Assembly: GCF_006345805.1 (NCBI RefSeq)
Contig: NW_021823863.1
Coordinates: 1 to 20,427, forward strand
Reading direction: 5' to 3'
DNA: 20,427 bases
From: Octopus sinensis
Lineage: Eukaryota
The notes below the pieces were generated by a model. The model was not told the origin of the DNA. It ran no database searches and worked only from the letters and a program-made list of their open reading frames with translations. Within the stretch, counting starts at the first letter, position 1, and each line of letters begins with the position of its first letter. Positions 19,402 through 20,427 of the stretch are shown piece by piece. A program made the translations under genes and the position numbers.

Positions 19402-19614
19402 GGTGGCGAGCAGGCAGAGTCGTTAGCACGCCGGGCGAAATGTTGATCGGTATTTCGTCTGTCTTTACGTTCTGAGTTCAAATTCCGCCGAGGTCGGCTT
19501 TATGTTACATCCTTTTGGGGTCGATTAAATAAGTACCAGTTACACACACTGGGGTCGATGTAATCGACTCATCCCCTCGCCCAAACTACTGCCCTCGTGG
19601 CAAAATTTGAAACC
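19402..19614 (+). mobile_element. full-length SINE family C, alternative tail ending in (ATT)n
   Basis: Same head and body as 19159-19390, with a different tail CCCTCGTGGCAAAATTTGAAACC. Confidence 0.92.
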
Positions 19615-19628
19615 ATTATTATTATTAC

Positions 19629-19660
<32 letters not shown>

Positions 19661-19689
19661 GATTATTATTATTATTATTATTATTATTA
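19615..19689. repeat. (ATT)n microsatellite
   Basis: Directly visible. Confidence 0.95.
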
Positions 19690-20285
19690 CTGTCATTATA
19701 TCAAAACTCACAGCTTATTTTGCTGAATATGATGGAAAGTGTCAGCTGTCCACAGCCAGCAGATAAAGGTGACACTTGTTTATTTGCCAGGCTTCAAGAA
19801 TCCTGCAAAGAACTCTTACAGTTCCAAGCAATGCTGATTTTTATAGGTGTTCTACCTTCACACTTGCACCGATCTTTTTCAGCCATGTTGGTAGTTAAGT
19901 GCTGATACTTCCAAATGCACCAATCACTATTAGTACCACGTCTACCCTCCCCATTGACCACGACCTTCGTATTTCCTACATCAAATTGTTGTACTTGTTT
20001 ATTTTTCCTTCTTCTTTCTCATTGATCCTGTTGTCACCGGACTTGCTACGTCGATTATCATACATATTCTGTTTTTTTTCTATTCATCACAACAATGTCC
20101 GCTTTCCAATGTCTGTTCAAATGATCATACTGGATCATCGCATCCCACAGGACCTTGCAGTTCTCATTTTCGGTGACCCCTTCTTGCTCATATCACGTCT
20201 TTGCTCCTTGTAGGCCGTGATTTCCACAGAGCTCCCAATGGATCATTCTTGCCACATTGTCATGGCGTATTTTGTATTCATTTGT
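19690..20285 (-). mobile_element. 5'-truncated R4/Dong-like (RLE-type) non-LTR retrotransposon: restriction-like endonuclease region and 3' UTR
   Basis: Minus translation with stops and shifts: EYKIRHDNVARMIHWELC..ENENCKVLWDAMIQYDH..KADIVV../CMIIDVA/PGDNRINEKEEGKINKYNNL..EIRRSW..VVLIVIGAFG..KSALLGTVRVL. These are the RHD, LWD, PD..D and KY motifs of RLE LINEs. Confidence 0.9.
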
Positions 20286-20328
20286 ATTATTATTATTATT
20301 ATTATTTTGTTATTATTATTATTATAAT
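20286..20328. repeat. (ATT)n microsatellite
   Basis: Directly visible. Confidence 0.9.
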
Positions 20329-20427
20329 TGAGTGAGAGGGTAGTGCATGCCATCAAAGTGACACTGGGGTAAATATACGAAGCCCAATAACCCATCATGA
20401 CTACCCGTCTGATAAGGGTACCCAAGG
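20329..20427 (-). mobile_element. probable 3' end of another retroposon, cut by the window edge
   Basis: Non-simple sequence that would end in a (TAA)n tail on the minus strand. Single copy in this window, recognised only loosely. Confidence 0.35.

Overview
AT-rich eukaryotic non-coding DNA (intergenic or intronic) with very dense (TA)n/(CA)n/(TAA)n microsatellites. The SINE repertoire looks to me like an octopus (coleoid cephalopod) genome; this is an inference from memory, not a database hit. I can support no host protein-coding exon: nearly all supplied ORFs are microsatellite or repeat artefacts. The window is a nested TE graveyard: three tRNA-derived SINE families (about 17 copies; working labels A, B, C), a decayed mariner split by a SINE trimer, two CR1-like LINE 3' ends, an R4/Dong-like RLE LINE inside a (TAA)n tract, a Penelope-like (GIY-YIG) remnant, two non-autonomous Helitrons and a pogo/Tigger-type MITE. 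The most notable observations are a ~190-nt 28S rRNA fragment embedded in a SINE (17570-17759), a minimal type I hammerhead ribozyme candidate (16748-16792, minus), a covarying two-hairpin 3' tail shared by two LINEs and SINE-B, a head-to-tail SINE trimer with identical junctions, a SINE-B/SINE-C chimera, and a Helitron with a duplicated 3' end around a captured segment.
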